From contig DASVYJ010000053.1 of assembly GCA_036392215.1 (NCBI GenBank), positions 1,052 to 65,051 of the forward strand: a stretch of 64,000 bases of DNA, given 5' to 3'. A program made the translations under genes and the position numbers. Positions 37,231-46,737 of the stretch are shown in pieces (the stretch's first letter is position 1; the number at the start of each line of letters is the position of its first letter). Origin of the DNA: Candidatus Limnocylindrales bacterium (lineage in GTDB: Bacteria; Chloroflexota; Limnocylindria; Limnocylindrales; CSP1-4). Under the pieces are notes generated by a model. It saw only the letters and a list, made by a program, of their open reading frames with translations, made no database searches and was not told the origin of the DNA.

Positions 37231-38267
37231 GCCCCGTCCCCGCCGGGCCGGAGGTCGTCGCCGGTCCGCGGGGCGACGCTCGGCGGGGCGAGCGGCGGGG
37301 CACCATCGCCCAGCCACTGCAGGAGCAGCTGCTGGACGATGCCGGCCGCGGCGCCCCAGTGCGCGGTCGCGGCCCGGACCTCCGTCTCGGACGGCAGCGG
37401 CGCGCGGCGGGCCGCAGGGCGGCCGAGGTACGCCGCGCCGACGGCCTTCCGGACGCCGAGGTCTCCGGCGACGACGCGCGGACGACCCAGCGTGCGGGCC
37501 AGGAACCACTCGGCGGTCCAGGGACCGACGCCCGGCAGCGCGATGAGGCGGGCGATGACGGCTTCGTCGGGCAGGGCCTCGAGCGCCGTGAGGCCATAGC
37601 CGCCGTCGGCGACGGCCCGGGCGACGGCGACGATCGCGACGGCCTTGGCCCGCGTGAACTGGAGAGCGCGGAGTGCGTCGACCGAGGCCGCGGCAAGGGT
37701 GGCGGCGTCGAGGCTGCGGACGGTCCGGCCCGCGACGGCGTGCTCGCGCCCGTACGCCTCGGCGAGCCGGTGGCGTGTCGTCGCCGCCCAGCGCAGGTTG
37801 ACCTGCTGGGCGCTGATCGAGCGGACAAGGGCGGTCAGCGGGTCGCGCTGGAGGACGGGATGGAGGCCTCTGTAGCGGCCGGCGAGCGCAGCGACGACCG
37901 GGTCGCGCGAGGCGAGGTCCGCGAGCCCGACGACCGCCTCCGGCCGGCCCACGAACATCGCCCGGAGGTGCGCGGCGAGGAGCCCGGGGATGTGGCTGCG
38001 CGCCGCCGCGTCGCTCCCGACCGACGGATCGACGAGCACGTCGGCCGCCGGTTCCTCCACGCTGCCCACCGGGCGCGCCGCGAAGGCGAGAGGTCCATCG
38101 GGGGTGGGCGCCGTCGCCACCAGGATCTCGCCATCCCAGCGCTCGAGCAGATCGTCGCCCCATCGCCGGAACCGCTCGAGCGATGCGGGCAGGTCGAGCG
38201 GGCCCCGCAGATGGACACGGCGGGGCTCGTGGATCGGCGCGGCCCGAGCCGCCTCGCTGGAACGCAT
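37227..38267 (-). CDS. alkA: DNA-3-methyladenine glycosylase II (AlkA; HhH-GPD superfamily)
   Basis: AlkA N-terminal domain plus HhH-GPD (LIALPGVGPWTAEWFLARTLG...D). Its stop shares a CTAG with the convergent HAD stop. Confidence 0.8.
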   Translation of the reverse strand: MRSSEAARAAPIHEPRRVHLRGPLDLPASLERFRRWGDDLLERWDGEILVATAPTPDGPLAFAARPVGSVEEPAADVLVDPSVGSDAAARSHIPGLLAAHLRAMFVGRPEAVVGLADLASRDPVVAALAGRYRGLHPVLQRDPLTALVRSISAQQVNLRWAATTRHRLAEAYGREHAVAGRTVRSLDAATLAAASVDALRALQFTRAKAVAIVAVARAVADGGYGLTALEALPDEAVIARLIALPGVGPWTAEWFLARTLGRPRVVAGDLGVRKAVGAAYLGRPAARRAPLPSETEVRAATAHWGAAAGIVQQLLLQWLGDGAPPLAPPSVAPRTGDDLRPGGDGA

Positions 38268-38313
38268 CGGCGCAGGGTAGCGCCAGTCGGGGACGACCAG
38301 CCGAGGTCATGCC

Positions 38314-38568
38314 GTGGCCGAGCGGGTCGCGTTCGATCTGGTCCTCCGCGCGCTCGTGGAGGCGATCGAGGCCCGCGAGGCTGCCGACCCGGATCTCCCG
38401 GCCTGGGAGGCGGCGCGCCAGGTCCGGCTCGCCGAAGCGGCCCTCCTGGATGCCTACCGCCGCGGAGACCTCGCGCCATTCGACAACGCGGTCGCGTCCA
38501 CATCCCTGGCGGCCGCGGCGATGAGCCTGACGTCCATCGAGCTGTCGAGCGGGTCCGAGGTCGCCTGA
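38314..38568 (+). CDS. Hypothetical small protein
   Basis: 84-aa GTG-start ORF with a weak RBS and an Ala-rich helical sequence. Low support. Confidence 0.25.
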   Translation: MAERVAFDLVLRALVEAIEAREAADPDLPAWEAARQVRLAEAALLDAYRRGDLAPFDNAVASTSLAAAAMSLTSIELSSGSEVA

Positions 38569-38701
38569 GGCGGCCGGAGCGAGGCGGGGCGCCGACTCGC
38601 CCTGGCGTCCGTCGTCGTCGTGCCGGCCGCCCGTCCCTGAGCCATCCCCCGATCCGCGCTCGCCGCTGGCCATCGACTCCTGGCATGTACCCTGTCGGGC
38701 G

Positions 38702-41200
38702 ATGACCGACCGTCCGCCCCCGCTCGACCCCCCGCCGCCGCTCGACGGCTCCCTCGCACCGGGCCGGCCGGGGATCGCACCGACCTGGTCGAGCAGCGCC
38801 AAGGACGCCGTCGGCACCGCGCTCCGGGCGAGCCGGGTCTGGTTCACCGTCGGTCGGGGCATCCTCAACGAGGTGTACTGGCCGCGGGTCGACCGGCCCG
38901 AGATCCGCGACCTCGGCTTCATCGTCGCCGACGACGCGGGCTTCTGGAGCGAGGTCAAGCGCGACGCCGAGCACGAGATCGCCTTCGAGGCCTCGGGCGT
39001 GCCCGCCATCACCGTCCGCCACCGCCATGCGCGCTACGAGCTCGTCCTCCGGATCTGCTCCGACGACCACAGCGACGTCGTGCGGATCGAGGCCACCCTG
39101 ACCGACCCGCGCCCGCCGGGGGATCCCGACCGGGTCGCTCGTCCGCTGCGCCTCTACCCGCTCGTCGCGCCGCACGTCGGCTTCTCCGGGCTCGACAACC
39201 GGGCCTGGGTGGGCACCTACAAGGGTCGACCCGTGCTCTTCGCCGAGAAGCGCATCTCGACCCTGGCCGTGGCCGTCGATCCGAAGCCCCGCCGCCTCTC
39301 GGTCGGCTACGTCGGGGTCTCCGACGGCTGGCAGGACTTCGCAGCGGACGGCCGGATGACCTGGACCTACGGGGCGACGGAGACTGGCAACGTGGCCGGG
39401 ATGCTGGAGGTAGAGCCCGACGCGTCCGGCCGGGTCCAGCTGGCGCTGTCCTTCGGCACCCGACCGGAGGAGGCGGGTCTCCTCGCCTCGGCCTCGCTGA
39501 CCCATCCCTTCGACGACGTCTGGGACGCCTACGTCGATACCTGGCACGAGTTCCTGGCGGGGGTCACGCCGGCGCCGGACCAGCTCGACCCGGAGCTCGA
39601 GGCGGAGTACCTGGTCTCGGCCGCCGTCCTGCGGGCCCACCAGGACCGAGGCTCGCCCGGTGCGACGGTCGCCAGCCTCTCGATCCCCTGGGGCAGCGCC
39701 CGCAACGACCTCGGCGGCTACCACCTGGTCTGGTCACGCGACCTCGTCGAGTCGGCCGGCGCCCTCGTCGCCCTGGGCGCGCTCGGCGCCGCCCGGCGCA
39801 CGCTCGGCTACCTCGCCGCGACGCAGGAGCCCGACGGCCACTGGCTGCAGAACCAGTGGGTCGACGGCGTCGCCTACTGGAGCGGCGTCCAGCTCGACGA
39901 GGCGGCCTACCCGATCCTGCTGGCTGGCGCCCTGCGCGACGCGGGCGCACACCACATGCACGGCCGCCGCGGCGACGAGGCGGCTGCGTTCGAGCATCTC
40001 CTGACCGACGAGGCCCTCGACCGGCTGGTGCAGACCGCCGCGGGCTTCCTCGCCCGGACCGGGCCGCTGACCCAGCAGGACCGCTGGGAGGAGGACGCGG
40101 GGCTGACGCCGTCGACGCTGGCGCCGGTCGTGGCGGCCCTCGTCGTCGCCGCCCGGTTCCTGCCCGAGCCGTCGGCCGCCTACGTCCTCGAGCTCGCCGA
40201 CGACTGGAACGCGGCCATCGAGGAATGGACGTACGCCCGCGGCTCCCACGTCGCCCAGGAGCACGGCGTCGACGGCCACTACGTCCGGATCGCCTCGCCC
40301 GACGTGCTGGCCGGCGCGCCGCTCTCCACGCCCGTCCCGGTCCGCAACCGGCCAGCGCCCTTCGACAGCGCCCCGGGTGACGAGCTGATCGGGACGGACT
40401 TCCTGGCCCTCGTCCGCTTCGGACTGCGGCGCACCGACGACCCCCGGATCCTCGCCTCGGTCGCCGTCGCGGACGCGCTCCTGCGGACGGAGACGCCGAG
40501 CGGTCCGGTCTGGCACCGCTACACGGGCGACGGGTACGGCGAGCACGAGGATGGTGCGCCCTTCGACGGGACGGGCATGGGTCGGGGCTGGCCGCTGCTC
40601 GTCGGCGAGCGGGGTCACTACGCCCTGGAGTGCGGCGAGGACGCGACCGCCTACCTGCGGGCGATGCTCCGGATGGGCTCGATGGGCGGGATGCTGCCCG
40701 AGCAGGTCTGGGACACCGACGACCTGCCCGAGCGCGGCCTCTTCCGGGGCCGGCCGTCGGGGTCGGCGATGCCCCTCGCCTGGGCCCACGCCGAGTACAT
40801 CAAGCTCGCCCGCTCGATCGCCCTCGGCCATCCCATCGACCGGCCCGCTGCGGCCTGGGAGCGGTACCACGGGCGCCGCCCGCGGCGCGTCCGGGCGACG
40901 TGGCGCTTCACGGCGCCCCGCCCGACCTTCCCCAGCGGGACCACGCTCCGCCTGGAGTTCCTGGCCCGGGCCCGCGTCCACTGCTCCCTCGACGGCTGGC
41001 GGACGACGCTCGACGTGGACGCGCGCGACACCGGCCTCGGCGTCTGGGTCTGCGACGTCCCCGGCTCCGCTTCATTGCCCGTCGGCGGCTCCGTCCTCTT
41101 CACCTGCTTCTGGCCGGACGCGGCGGGCGGCGCGGGACGATGGGAGGGTCGCGATGTCCGAGTAACGGTCGGCCCGGCCGAGCTGGACGGTTCGGCCTGA
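38702..41200 (+). CDS. Glycoside hydrolase family 15 (bacterial glucoamylase/glucodextranase-like, with N-terminal beta-sandwich domain)
   Basis: An (alpha/alpha)6 catalytic domain with HLVWSRD, GMLPEQVWD and SAMPLAWAHAEYIKL. Confidence 0.85.
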   Translation: MTDRPPPLDPPPPLDGSLAPGRPGIAPTWSSSAKDAVGTALRASRVWFTVGRGILNEVYWPRVDRPEIRDLGFIVADDAGFWSEVKRDAEHEIAFEASGVPAITVRHRHARYELVLRICSDDHSDVVRIEATLTDPRPPGDPDRVARPLRLYPLVAPHVGFSGLDNRAWVGTYKGRPVLFAEKRISTLAVAVDPKPRRLSVGYVGVSDGWQDFAADGRMTWTYGATETGNVAGMLEVEPDASGRVQLALSFGTRPEEAGLLASASLTHPFDDVWDAYVDTWHEFLAGVTPAPDQLDPELEAEYLVSAAVLRAHQDRGSPGATVASLSIPWGSARNDLGGYHLVWSRDLVESAGALVALGALGAARRTLGYLAATQEPDGHWLQNQWVDGVAYWSGVQLDEAAYPILLAGALRDAGAHHMHGRRGDEAAAFEHLLTDEALDRLVQTAAGFLARTGPLTQQDRWEEDAGLTPSTLAPVVAALVVAARFLPEPSAAYVLELADDWNAAIEEWTYARGSHVAQEHGVDGHYVRIASPDVLAGAPLSTPVPVRNRPAPFDSAPGDELIGTDFLALVRFGLRRTDDPRILASVAVADALLRTETPSGPVWHRYTGDGYGEHEDGAPFDGTGMGRGWPLLVGERGHYALECGEDATAYLRAMLRMGSMGGMLPEQVWDTDDLPERGLFRGRPSGSAMPLAWAHAEYIKLARSIALGHPIDRPAAAWERYHGRRPRRVRATWRFTAPRPTFPSGTTLRLEFLARARVHCSLDGWRTTLDVDARDTGLGVWVCDVPGSASLPVGGSVLFTCFWPDAAGGAGRWEGRDVRVTVGPAELDGSA

Positions 41201-41580
41201 GTCGAGCGGCGATCGTCGACCAGCCCCTGGGCGACCCTCGTCCGCGACCGGCTCCGATGCGGTCCAGTCCGGACGCCGACCCGAGCGGGGATCCTGTCTC
41301 ACTCCCACCCGGGGAAGCACGTCCTGCGCTCCGCCCATGCGACTGTGTCCGACACCACCCACGGATCGCGCCCGCGGTCACGCCCGCCCCATCCTCTCGG
41401 ATCCGCATGACAGGCACGGCAGACAGGATGGATCGGATCGGGTGTGCCGGGCATGGCAGTCAGACAGGATCCGCGACCGCGGCGGCGGGCGCCGGGCGTC
41501 GACCCGAGTGGGGCGCCAGCGGAGCGCCGCATCGCGCCGGTCGCGCCGGGTCGCGCGGCCGTACCGGCGGACGTGCCTGA

Positions 41581-41814
41581 CTAGCGCGCCAGGATCGCGG
41601 ACAGGAAGACGACGACGAGGGCGCCGACGAGGACCGTCCGGATCGCATCCGCGACGAGGAGCTGCCTCCCCCCGGCGCCCGGCAGCTCGAGCTCGAGACT
41701 GCGGACGAAGAGGGACCCCCCGATCAGGACGGCGAGGAGCGAGCCCGCGACGAAGGCGACGAGGTGGGCGTGCGTCATGGGCGCATGGTGCCACCCCGCA
41801 CCGCCGCCGCGCAT
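41581..41814 (-). CDS. Small membrane protein downstream of the MFS gene
   Basis: Two predicted TM helices (LVAFVAGSLLAVLIGGSLFV and TVLVGALVVVFLSAIL). Confidence 0.35.
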   Translation of the reverse strand: MRGGGAGWHHAPMTHAHLVAFVAGSLLAVLIGGSLFVRSLELELPGAGGRQLLVADAIRTVLVGALVVVFLSAILAR

Positions 41815-41852
41815 CCCCCGGATGGCCTAGTCGGACCCCTCACCCCCGACCC

Positions 41853-43433
41853 TCAGCGACCCGGCCGGCGGTGCGCGGCCGTGGCCGGACCACCGGCCCC
41901 GCCACGCGCGGAGGCAGGAGTGCGCGGCGCCTCCCCGGCCGCCGCCTGGGCCGCCCGTCGGCCCACCTGGACGGCGGGCATCGAGCGGACCGCGAGGAGC
42001 AGCGCCCCGATCGCCGCCGCGAGCAGGACGAGGAAGATCCAGCCGAGCCCGCCCGCCAGGGCCGAGCGGCCGGCCGCGAGCTGGGCAGCGGGGATCGTCG
42101 AACGCTGGATCGGGTCGAGGATCGCGCTCGCCGCGCTCCCGACCGCCGCCGTCAGGATCCCTCCCATCAGGCCGACGCCGACCGCCCCGCCGATCGTCCG
42201 GCTGAACTGGACCAGACCCGTCGCCACGCCGCGCTGGCGCCACTCGACCGCGCCCTGGACCACGACCAGGATCGTCGTCGAGGCGAGGCCCATCCCGAGG
42301 CCCGTGATCGCCGAGCCGAGGATGGCCACCCAGAGCTGCGGGAAGCGGTCGAGCTGCGTGATCACGGCCGTGCCGGCGACGAGCATGACGCCGCCGAGGA
42401 GCACCGTCGGCCGCGGTCCGAACCGGAGCATCGCCCGCCCGCCGACCACCGAGCCGACCGGCCAGCCGATCGACATCCCGGCGACGGCCGCACCGGCCTC
42501 CACCGGCGTACCGCCATGGACGCCCTGGACCATCGGCGGGACGTACGTCTGGAGGCCGAACATCACCACCCCGGCCAGGGTCTGGATGGCGAGCCCGGCA
42601 GCGATGAGGGGCTCGCGGACCAGGGCCGGGTCGATGAGCGGCTCGGGCGCCCGGACCTCGACCCAGCCGAACAGCGCGAGCAAGCCGAGCGAAGCCACCA
42701 GGAGCGCGACGAAGGCGGGCGAGCCCCAGCCGAAGATGTCGCCGCCCTCGGCAGCGGTGAAGAGGAGCAGGACGACGCCGGCGGTCAGGGTGGCCGCGCC
42801 GGTCCAGTCGAGGCGGTGCTCGCGCCGCTCGAACCGCTCTTGCAGCACGAGGGCGATCAGGACGCCCGCCACGATCCCGACCGGCAGGTTGAGGTAGAAG
42901 ACCCAGCGCCAGCCGACGGTCGAGGTGATGAGGCCGCCGAGGGCCGGCCCGACGACGGCGGCCACGCCCCAGACCGAGCTGAAGAAGCCCTGCATCCGGG
43001 CTCGCTGCTCGGTCTCGAAGATGTCGCCCGCGATGGTGAAGGCGATCGGCTGAAGCGCGCCGGCACCCAGGCCCTGGATCGCCCGGAAGGCGATGAGCAT
43101 CGCCATGTCGGTCGAGAGGCCGCAGAGCATCGAGCCGGCCACGAACAGGATCAACCCGACCATGAAGATCGGCTTGCGCCCGTGGACGTCGGCGAGCTTG
43201 GCGTAGAGCGGGACCGTCGTGGTCGCCGCCAGGAGGTAGGCCGAGAAGACCCAGCCGTACTCGGCCAGGCCGCCGAGCTGACCGATGATCGTCGGCATGG
43301 CGGTACCGACCACGGTCGAGTCGAGGGCCGAGACGGCGATGGCGGCCATGATCCCGACGGTCACGAGCAGCTGCTCGCGGGTCAGCGCCGGCAGGGGCGG
43401 GTGGTCGCCATGGGTGGCGGGCGAGGAGGCCAT
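41853..43433 (-). CDS. MFS transporter, DHA2 (EmrB/QacA-like, 14-TMS) family
   Basis: MFS motif A region GKLADVHGRKP and 14 hydrophobic segments. Confidence 0.9.
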   Translation of the reverse strand: MASSPATHGDHPPLPALTREQLLVTVGIMAAIAVSALDSTVVGTAMPTIIGQLGGLAEYGWVFSAYLLAATTTVPLYAKLADVHGRKPIFMVGLILFVAGSMLCGLSTDMAMLIAFRAIQGLGAGALQPIAFTIAGDIFETEQRARMQGFFSSVWGVAAVVGPALGGLITSTVGWRWVFYLNLPVGIVAGVLIALVLQERFERREHRLDWTGAATLTAGVVLLLFTAAEGGDIFGWGSPAFVALLVASLGLLALFGWVEVRAPEPLIDPALVREPLIAAGLAIQTLAGVVMFGLQTYVPPMVQGVHGGTPVEAGAAVAGMSIGWPVGSVVGGRAMLRFGPRPTVLLGGVMLVAGTAVITQLDRFPQLWVAILGSAITGLGMGLASTTILVVVQGAVEWRQRGVATGLVQFSRTIGGAVGVGLMGGILTAAVGSAASAILDPIQRSTIPAAQLAAGRSALAGGLGWIFLVLLAAAIGALLLAVRSMPAVQVGRRAAQAAAGEAPRTPASARGGAGGPATAAHRRPGR

Positions 43434-43537
43434 GGGGGGTCGAGTCTAGCCGGGACGACGACGGCAGGCCGTCGGGCGGTCGCCGGGCGGCAACGGCCGC
43501 AACCGGCGTCGATCCGATGAGCGGCTAGGATGCCCCG

Positions 43538-44434
43538 ATGAGCCTGCCCGAGCCGCCCCTCCCCGATCAGCCCCCGGTCGCTCCGCCCGAGCCCGCCGAG
43601 CCCGGCCCGCCCGACGTGGCGGCGCTGCTCCGCGACGTCCTCCGCGGTCGCCGCCGACTGCGACCGGGGCGCGTGGCGATCGTCCGGCTCTACGGGACGA
43701 TCGGCGGCGGGGCGCGGGCCGCGGACTGGGTGGAGACGGTGCGGCGGCTGCGCGACGCTCGCGGCGTCCCGGCCGTCGTCCTCGACATCGACTCGCCCGG
43801 CGGCTCGGCGGCCGCCTCCGACTACCTGTACCTGGCGCTCGGCCGCCTCGCCGCGGCCAAGCCGCTCGTGGCCCACGTTCGCGGCACGGGCGCATCCGGT
43901 GCCTACCTCGCCGCGATGGCCGCGCGCCGGGTCATCGTCGCACCGGCCTCGATCGTCGGATCCATCGGCGTCATCTCGGCCGGCCCGCGCGTCCCGGCCC
44001 TCCTGGACCGCCTCGGTGTCCGCGTCGAGGAGCGCCGGGCCGGCCGCCTGAAGGGCATGGGCGCCCCCTGGCGCGACGACACCGACGAGGAACGGGCCCG
44101 CGAGCAGGCACTCGTCGATGCCTTCTACGAGGTCTTCGTGCGGCGGGTCGCCGACGGCCGCCATCTGCCCCGGGAGCGAGTGCTCGACCTGGCGACCGGC
44201 GAGGTCTGGCTCGGCGAGCGGGCCGTGGAGCTCGGGCTGGCCGACGAGACGGGCGACCTCGCCCGGGCGATCGACGTCGCCGCGGACCTCGCCGGCGTGC
44301 CGCCGAAGGCCCAGCCGGTGCGGCTCCATCGACCGCTCCTGGCCCGCCTCGCCGACCGCGTGGCGACCCGCCTCTCGGCCGGCCTCGCGGCCGAGCTCGA
44401 GGCAGCCATCTGGCGGCGCGACCCCCGGGCGTGA
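43538..44434 (+). CDS. sppA: Signal peptide peptidase SppA (S49, 36K type)
   Basis: S49 fold with the catalytic Ser region GTGASGAYLAAMAA and the Lys region. Confidence 0.85.
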   Translation: MSLPEPPLPDQPPVAPPEPAEPGPPDVAALLRDVLRGRRRLRPGRVAIVRLYGTIGGGARAADWVETVRRLRDARGVPAVVLDIDSPGGSAAASDYLYLALGRLAAAKPLVAHVRGTGASGAYLAAMAARRVIVAPASIVGSIGVISAGPRVPALLDRLGVRVEERRAGRLKGMGAPWRDDTDEERAREQALVDAFYEVFVRRVADGRHLPRERVLDLATGEVWLGERAVELGLADETGDLARAIDVAADLAGVPPKAQPVRLHRPLLARLADRVATRLSAGLAAELEAAIWRRDPRA

Positions 44435-44611
44435 GCGCGCGGGCGGGCCGCGATCGGCCCGGCGGCGGCTGAGGACTGCCATGCCCTTGCGTCGCCGCGG
44501 CGGCCGCCCGTCGCCCGGCCGTGAGGCCACGCCCGGCATCGTCCCGCCACCGGCCCCCGTGGGCGATGCGGCAGCGCCGCGTCGCCCCGGCCGGCAGGAG
44601 GTGACGCGAAG

Positions 44612-44779
44612 ATGCTCTGGATCCTCATCGTCCTGATCGTCCTGCTCCTGCTGTTCGGCGGCGGCGGCTACCGCTACCGGAGCAGCTGGGGCGGCTACTA
44701 CGGCGGCGGGATGGGCCTGCTGGGCCTGCTCGTGGTGGTGCTCGTCCTCCTCGCCCTGTTCGGCGCCGTCCGCCTCTAG
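44612..44779 (+). CDS. Small (55 aa) hydrophobic Gly/Tyr-loop membrane protein, not in the ORF track
   Basis: Manual translation gives MLWILIVLIVLLLLFGGGGYRYRSSWGGYYGGGMGLLGLLVVVLVLLALFGAVRL. An AGGAGG RBS sits 10 nt upstream of the ATG. A GC hairpin at ~44990-45018 follows. Confidence 0.45.
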   Translation: MLWILIVLIVLLLLFGGGGYRYRSSWGGYYGGGMGLLGLLVVVLVLLALFGAVRL

Positions 44780-45211
44780 CCCGTCGCTCCGACCGGACCG
44801 CCGAGTCGTTCGCGGCGAGCGGCGAGGGCAGGCCGATCGGCCCCTTCGCTCGGCCCGCCCGGCACCGCCGGATGGCCCGCCCGGCTGGCGTCGAGATGAC
44901 CACTGGCCGGTCGCTCCGGCGGCCCGCCGGGCCCACACTCACGGGGAGGCCGGTCGACGAACCTCCCCCAGTACCGACCTCGAAGACTCCTCCTCGGCCC
45001 GACCGACCTCCTCCGGTCGGGCTGCGCGCTCCAGGGCCGCGGCGAGATCGACCGCGGCCCTGGCGAATCCCGGCCGATCGGGCACCTCGCGCGCCCGCGC
45101 CCGCGCCCCGCGTCCGCCGAGTCGACACGACGCTGCAAGCGGGCCACCCCGGCTGCCTCCCGCGCCACGATGACCGGCGGCGCAGGATGGGCCCCCGAAG
45201 GAGGCGCCACG

Positions 45212-45871
45212 ATGACGATGACCCGCTACGGCCGCCGCCTGGTCCCGCTTCGCGACGCGATGGACCAGTGGCTGGCCGATCCCCTCGCGCTGTTCCCCAG
45301 AGGCTGGCTCGGCGACGAGGTCGCCACGCCGTGGCCCCCGATGGACGTGCGCGAGACCGGCGACGCCTACGTGGTCGAGGCGGACCTGCCCGGCGTGCGG
45401 GCCGAGGACGTGGACGTGACGCTGGACGGTCGGACGCTGCTCATCCAGGGGACCACCGGCGCTGCGCTCGAGGAGCGCGACGAGACGTACCTGATCCGCG
45501 AGCGGCGGAGCGGCCGCTTCAGCCGCGCACTGACCCTCGCCGGCTCGGTCGAGGCGGACGCGATCGAGTGCACCTTCGAGGCGGGCGAGCTCCGGCTCCG
45601 CCTGCCGAAGGCCGCCAGCGGCCGGGCGCGGCGGATCCCCGTCGGCGGCGGCCCGGCTGCCTCCCCGGCTGCTCGTCGATCGAGCGGCGAGGCCGCGACC
45701 CCGCCGCCGGCGCTGATGCCGGAGGACGGTCCCGGCGTGGACGACGACGTCCGCGCGGGCGAGACGGGCACTTGGGGCGGCACCACGGCGGCGCGGGAGA
45801 TGGCCGCCGACCGGACCGAGGACGTCCCGCGGATCCACGACGCAGAGGGTCGTCCGCTCGGCGAGGGCTGA
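45212..45871 (+). CDS. Hsp20/alpha-crystallin family small heat-shock protein with a C-terminal Pro/Ala-rich extension
   Basis: The alpha-crystallin domain is in PPMDVRETGDAYVVEADLPGVRAEDVDVTLDGRTLLIQG...GRFSRALTLAGSVEADAIECTFEAGELRLRLPK. A GAAGGAGG RBS precedes the ATG at 45212. Confidence 0.8.
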   Translation: MTMTRYGRRLVPLRDAMDQWLADPLALFPRGWLGDEVATPWPPMDVRETGDAYVVEADLPGVRAEDVDVTLDGRTLLIQGTTGAALEERDETYLIRERRSGRFSRALTLAGSVEADAIECTFEAGELRLRLPKAASGRARRIPVGGGPAASPAARRSSGEAATPPPALMPEDGPGVDDDVRAGETGTWGGTTAAREMAADRTEDVPRIHDAEGRPLGEG

Positions 45872-45879
45872 AGGCGCCG

Positions 45880-46614
45880 TTAGATGGACGACGCAGACCC
45901 GGCGAACGCGTCGCGGAGGGCCTCGAACAGCAGGATCGTCGACGTCGCACCGGGATCGGCGTGCCCCGCCGAGCGCTCCCCGAGGTAGCTCGCCCGGCCC
46001 TTGCGGGCGATGAGCGGCGTGACGCGGTCCCGCCCGGCAGCCGCCGCGACAGCCGCGTCGCGCAGCGCGGCAGCCCAGCCGAGCCCACTCGATCCGGCCC
46101 TCCCGGCCAGCGCGGACTCGATCGCCTCCACGGCCGGGGCCATCGCGTCCACCATCGTCTTGTCGTCGAGCTGCGTCCGGCCCCGCGCCACCACCCCGTC
46201 GAGCCCCTGGCGGAGCGCAGCCGCGAACGTCTCGGGCGAGACAGCTGCCTCGCCGCCGAGCGCCCCGCCGAGTCGCAGGAAGAACGTCCCGTACAGCGGC
46301 CCCGAGGCGCCGCCCACCGTCGAGATGAGGACCCGGGCCACGCCCGCGGTGAACGAGCCCGGGGTGGCGCCGTCGGCGAGCAGGTCCGGGAGGCGGGCCA
46401 CGACCGTGGAGAGGCCGCGATCCATGTTGATGCCGTGGTCGGCGTCGCCGATCGCCGCGTCCAGCTCCGTAAGGTACTCGCGGCGATCCGCCACGAGCTC
46501 CGCGAACCGGCTCAGCCAGCGCACGAGGTCATCCGTCGCGATGGTCGCGGCGACGGGTCCGCTCCCGCCGTCCGCCCGTCCGCCCGCGGCCCGCTGCTCG
46601 CGGCCCATCGCCAT
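45880..46614 (-). CDS. dhaL: DAK2-domain protein (dihydroxyacetone kinase DhaL-like ADP-binding subunit), standalone
   Basis: LDAAIGDADHGINMDRG is the Dak2 signature. No DhaK or DhaM lies adjacent. Confidence 0.75.
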   Translation of the reverse strand: MAMGREQRAAGGRADGGSGPVAATIATDDLVRWLSRFAELVADRREYLTELDAAIGDADHGINMDRGLSTVVARLPDLLADGATPGSFTAGVARVLISTVGGASGPLYGTFFLRLGGALGGEAAVSPETFAAALRQGLDGVVARGRTQLDDKTMVDAMAPAVEAIESALAGRAGSSGLGWAAALRDAAVAAAAGRDRVTPLIARKGRASYLGERSAGHADPGATSTILLFEALRDAFAGSASSI

Positions 46615-46737
46615 CGCCAGTCCCTCCGGCCAGGCCGGTCCCCCTGCGTCGAGATGCTAGCGGGTCCGACCGGCGCCGCCCACCCCGCGGCGCGTGGACC
46701 GGCGCGACGAAGGGCCACCGCCGCGCGCCGGGGCGCC

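Noticed and set aside
35836-39012. 1058-aa minus-strand ORF
   Set aside because: Extreme Arg/Gly/Pro content. It is antisense to nagZ, the HAD gene and alkA, and overlaps well-supported genes on both strands.
41337-43520. 727-aa plus-strand ORF
   Set aside because: Antisense to the well-supported MFS transporter. Arg/Asp/Gly-rich.
44780-45211. HspR/HAIR-type inverted repeat (CTTGAGT-N7-ACTCAAG) upstream of hsp20
   Set aside because: Not found in the 430-bp upstream region. Only a GC hairpin (gcccgaccg-N9-cggtcgggc) is present, more likely a terminator for the preceding small gene.
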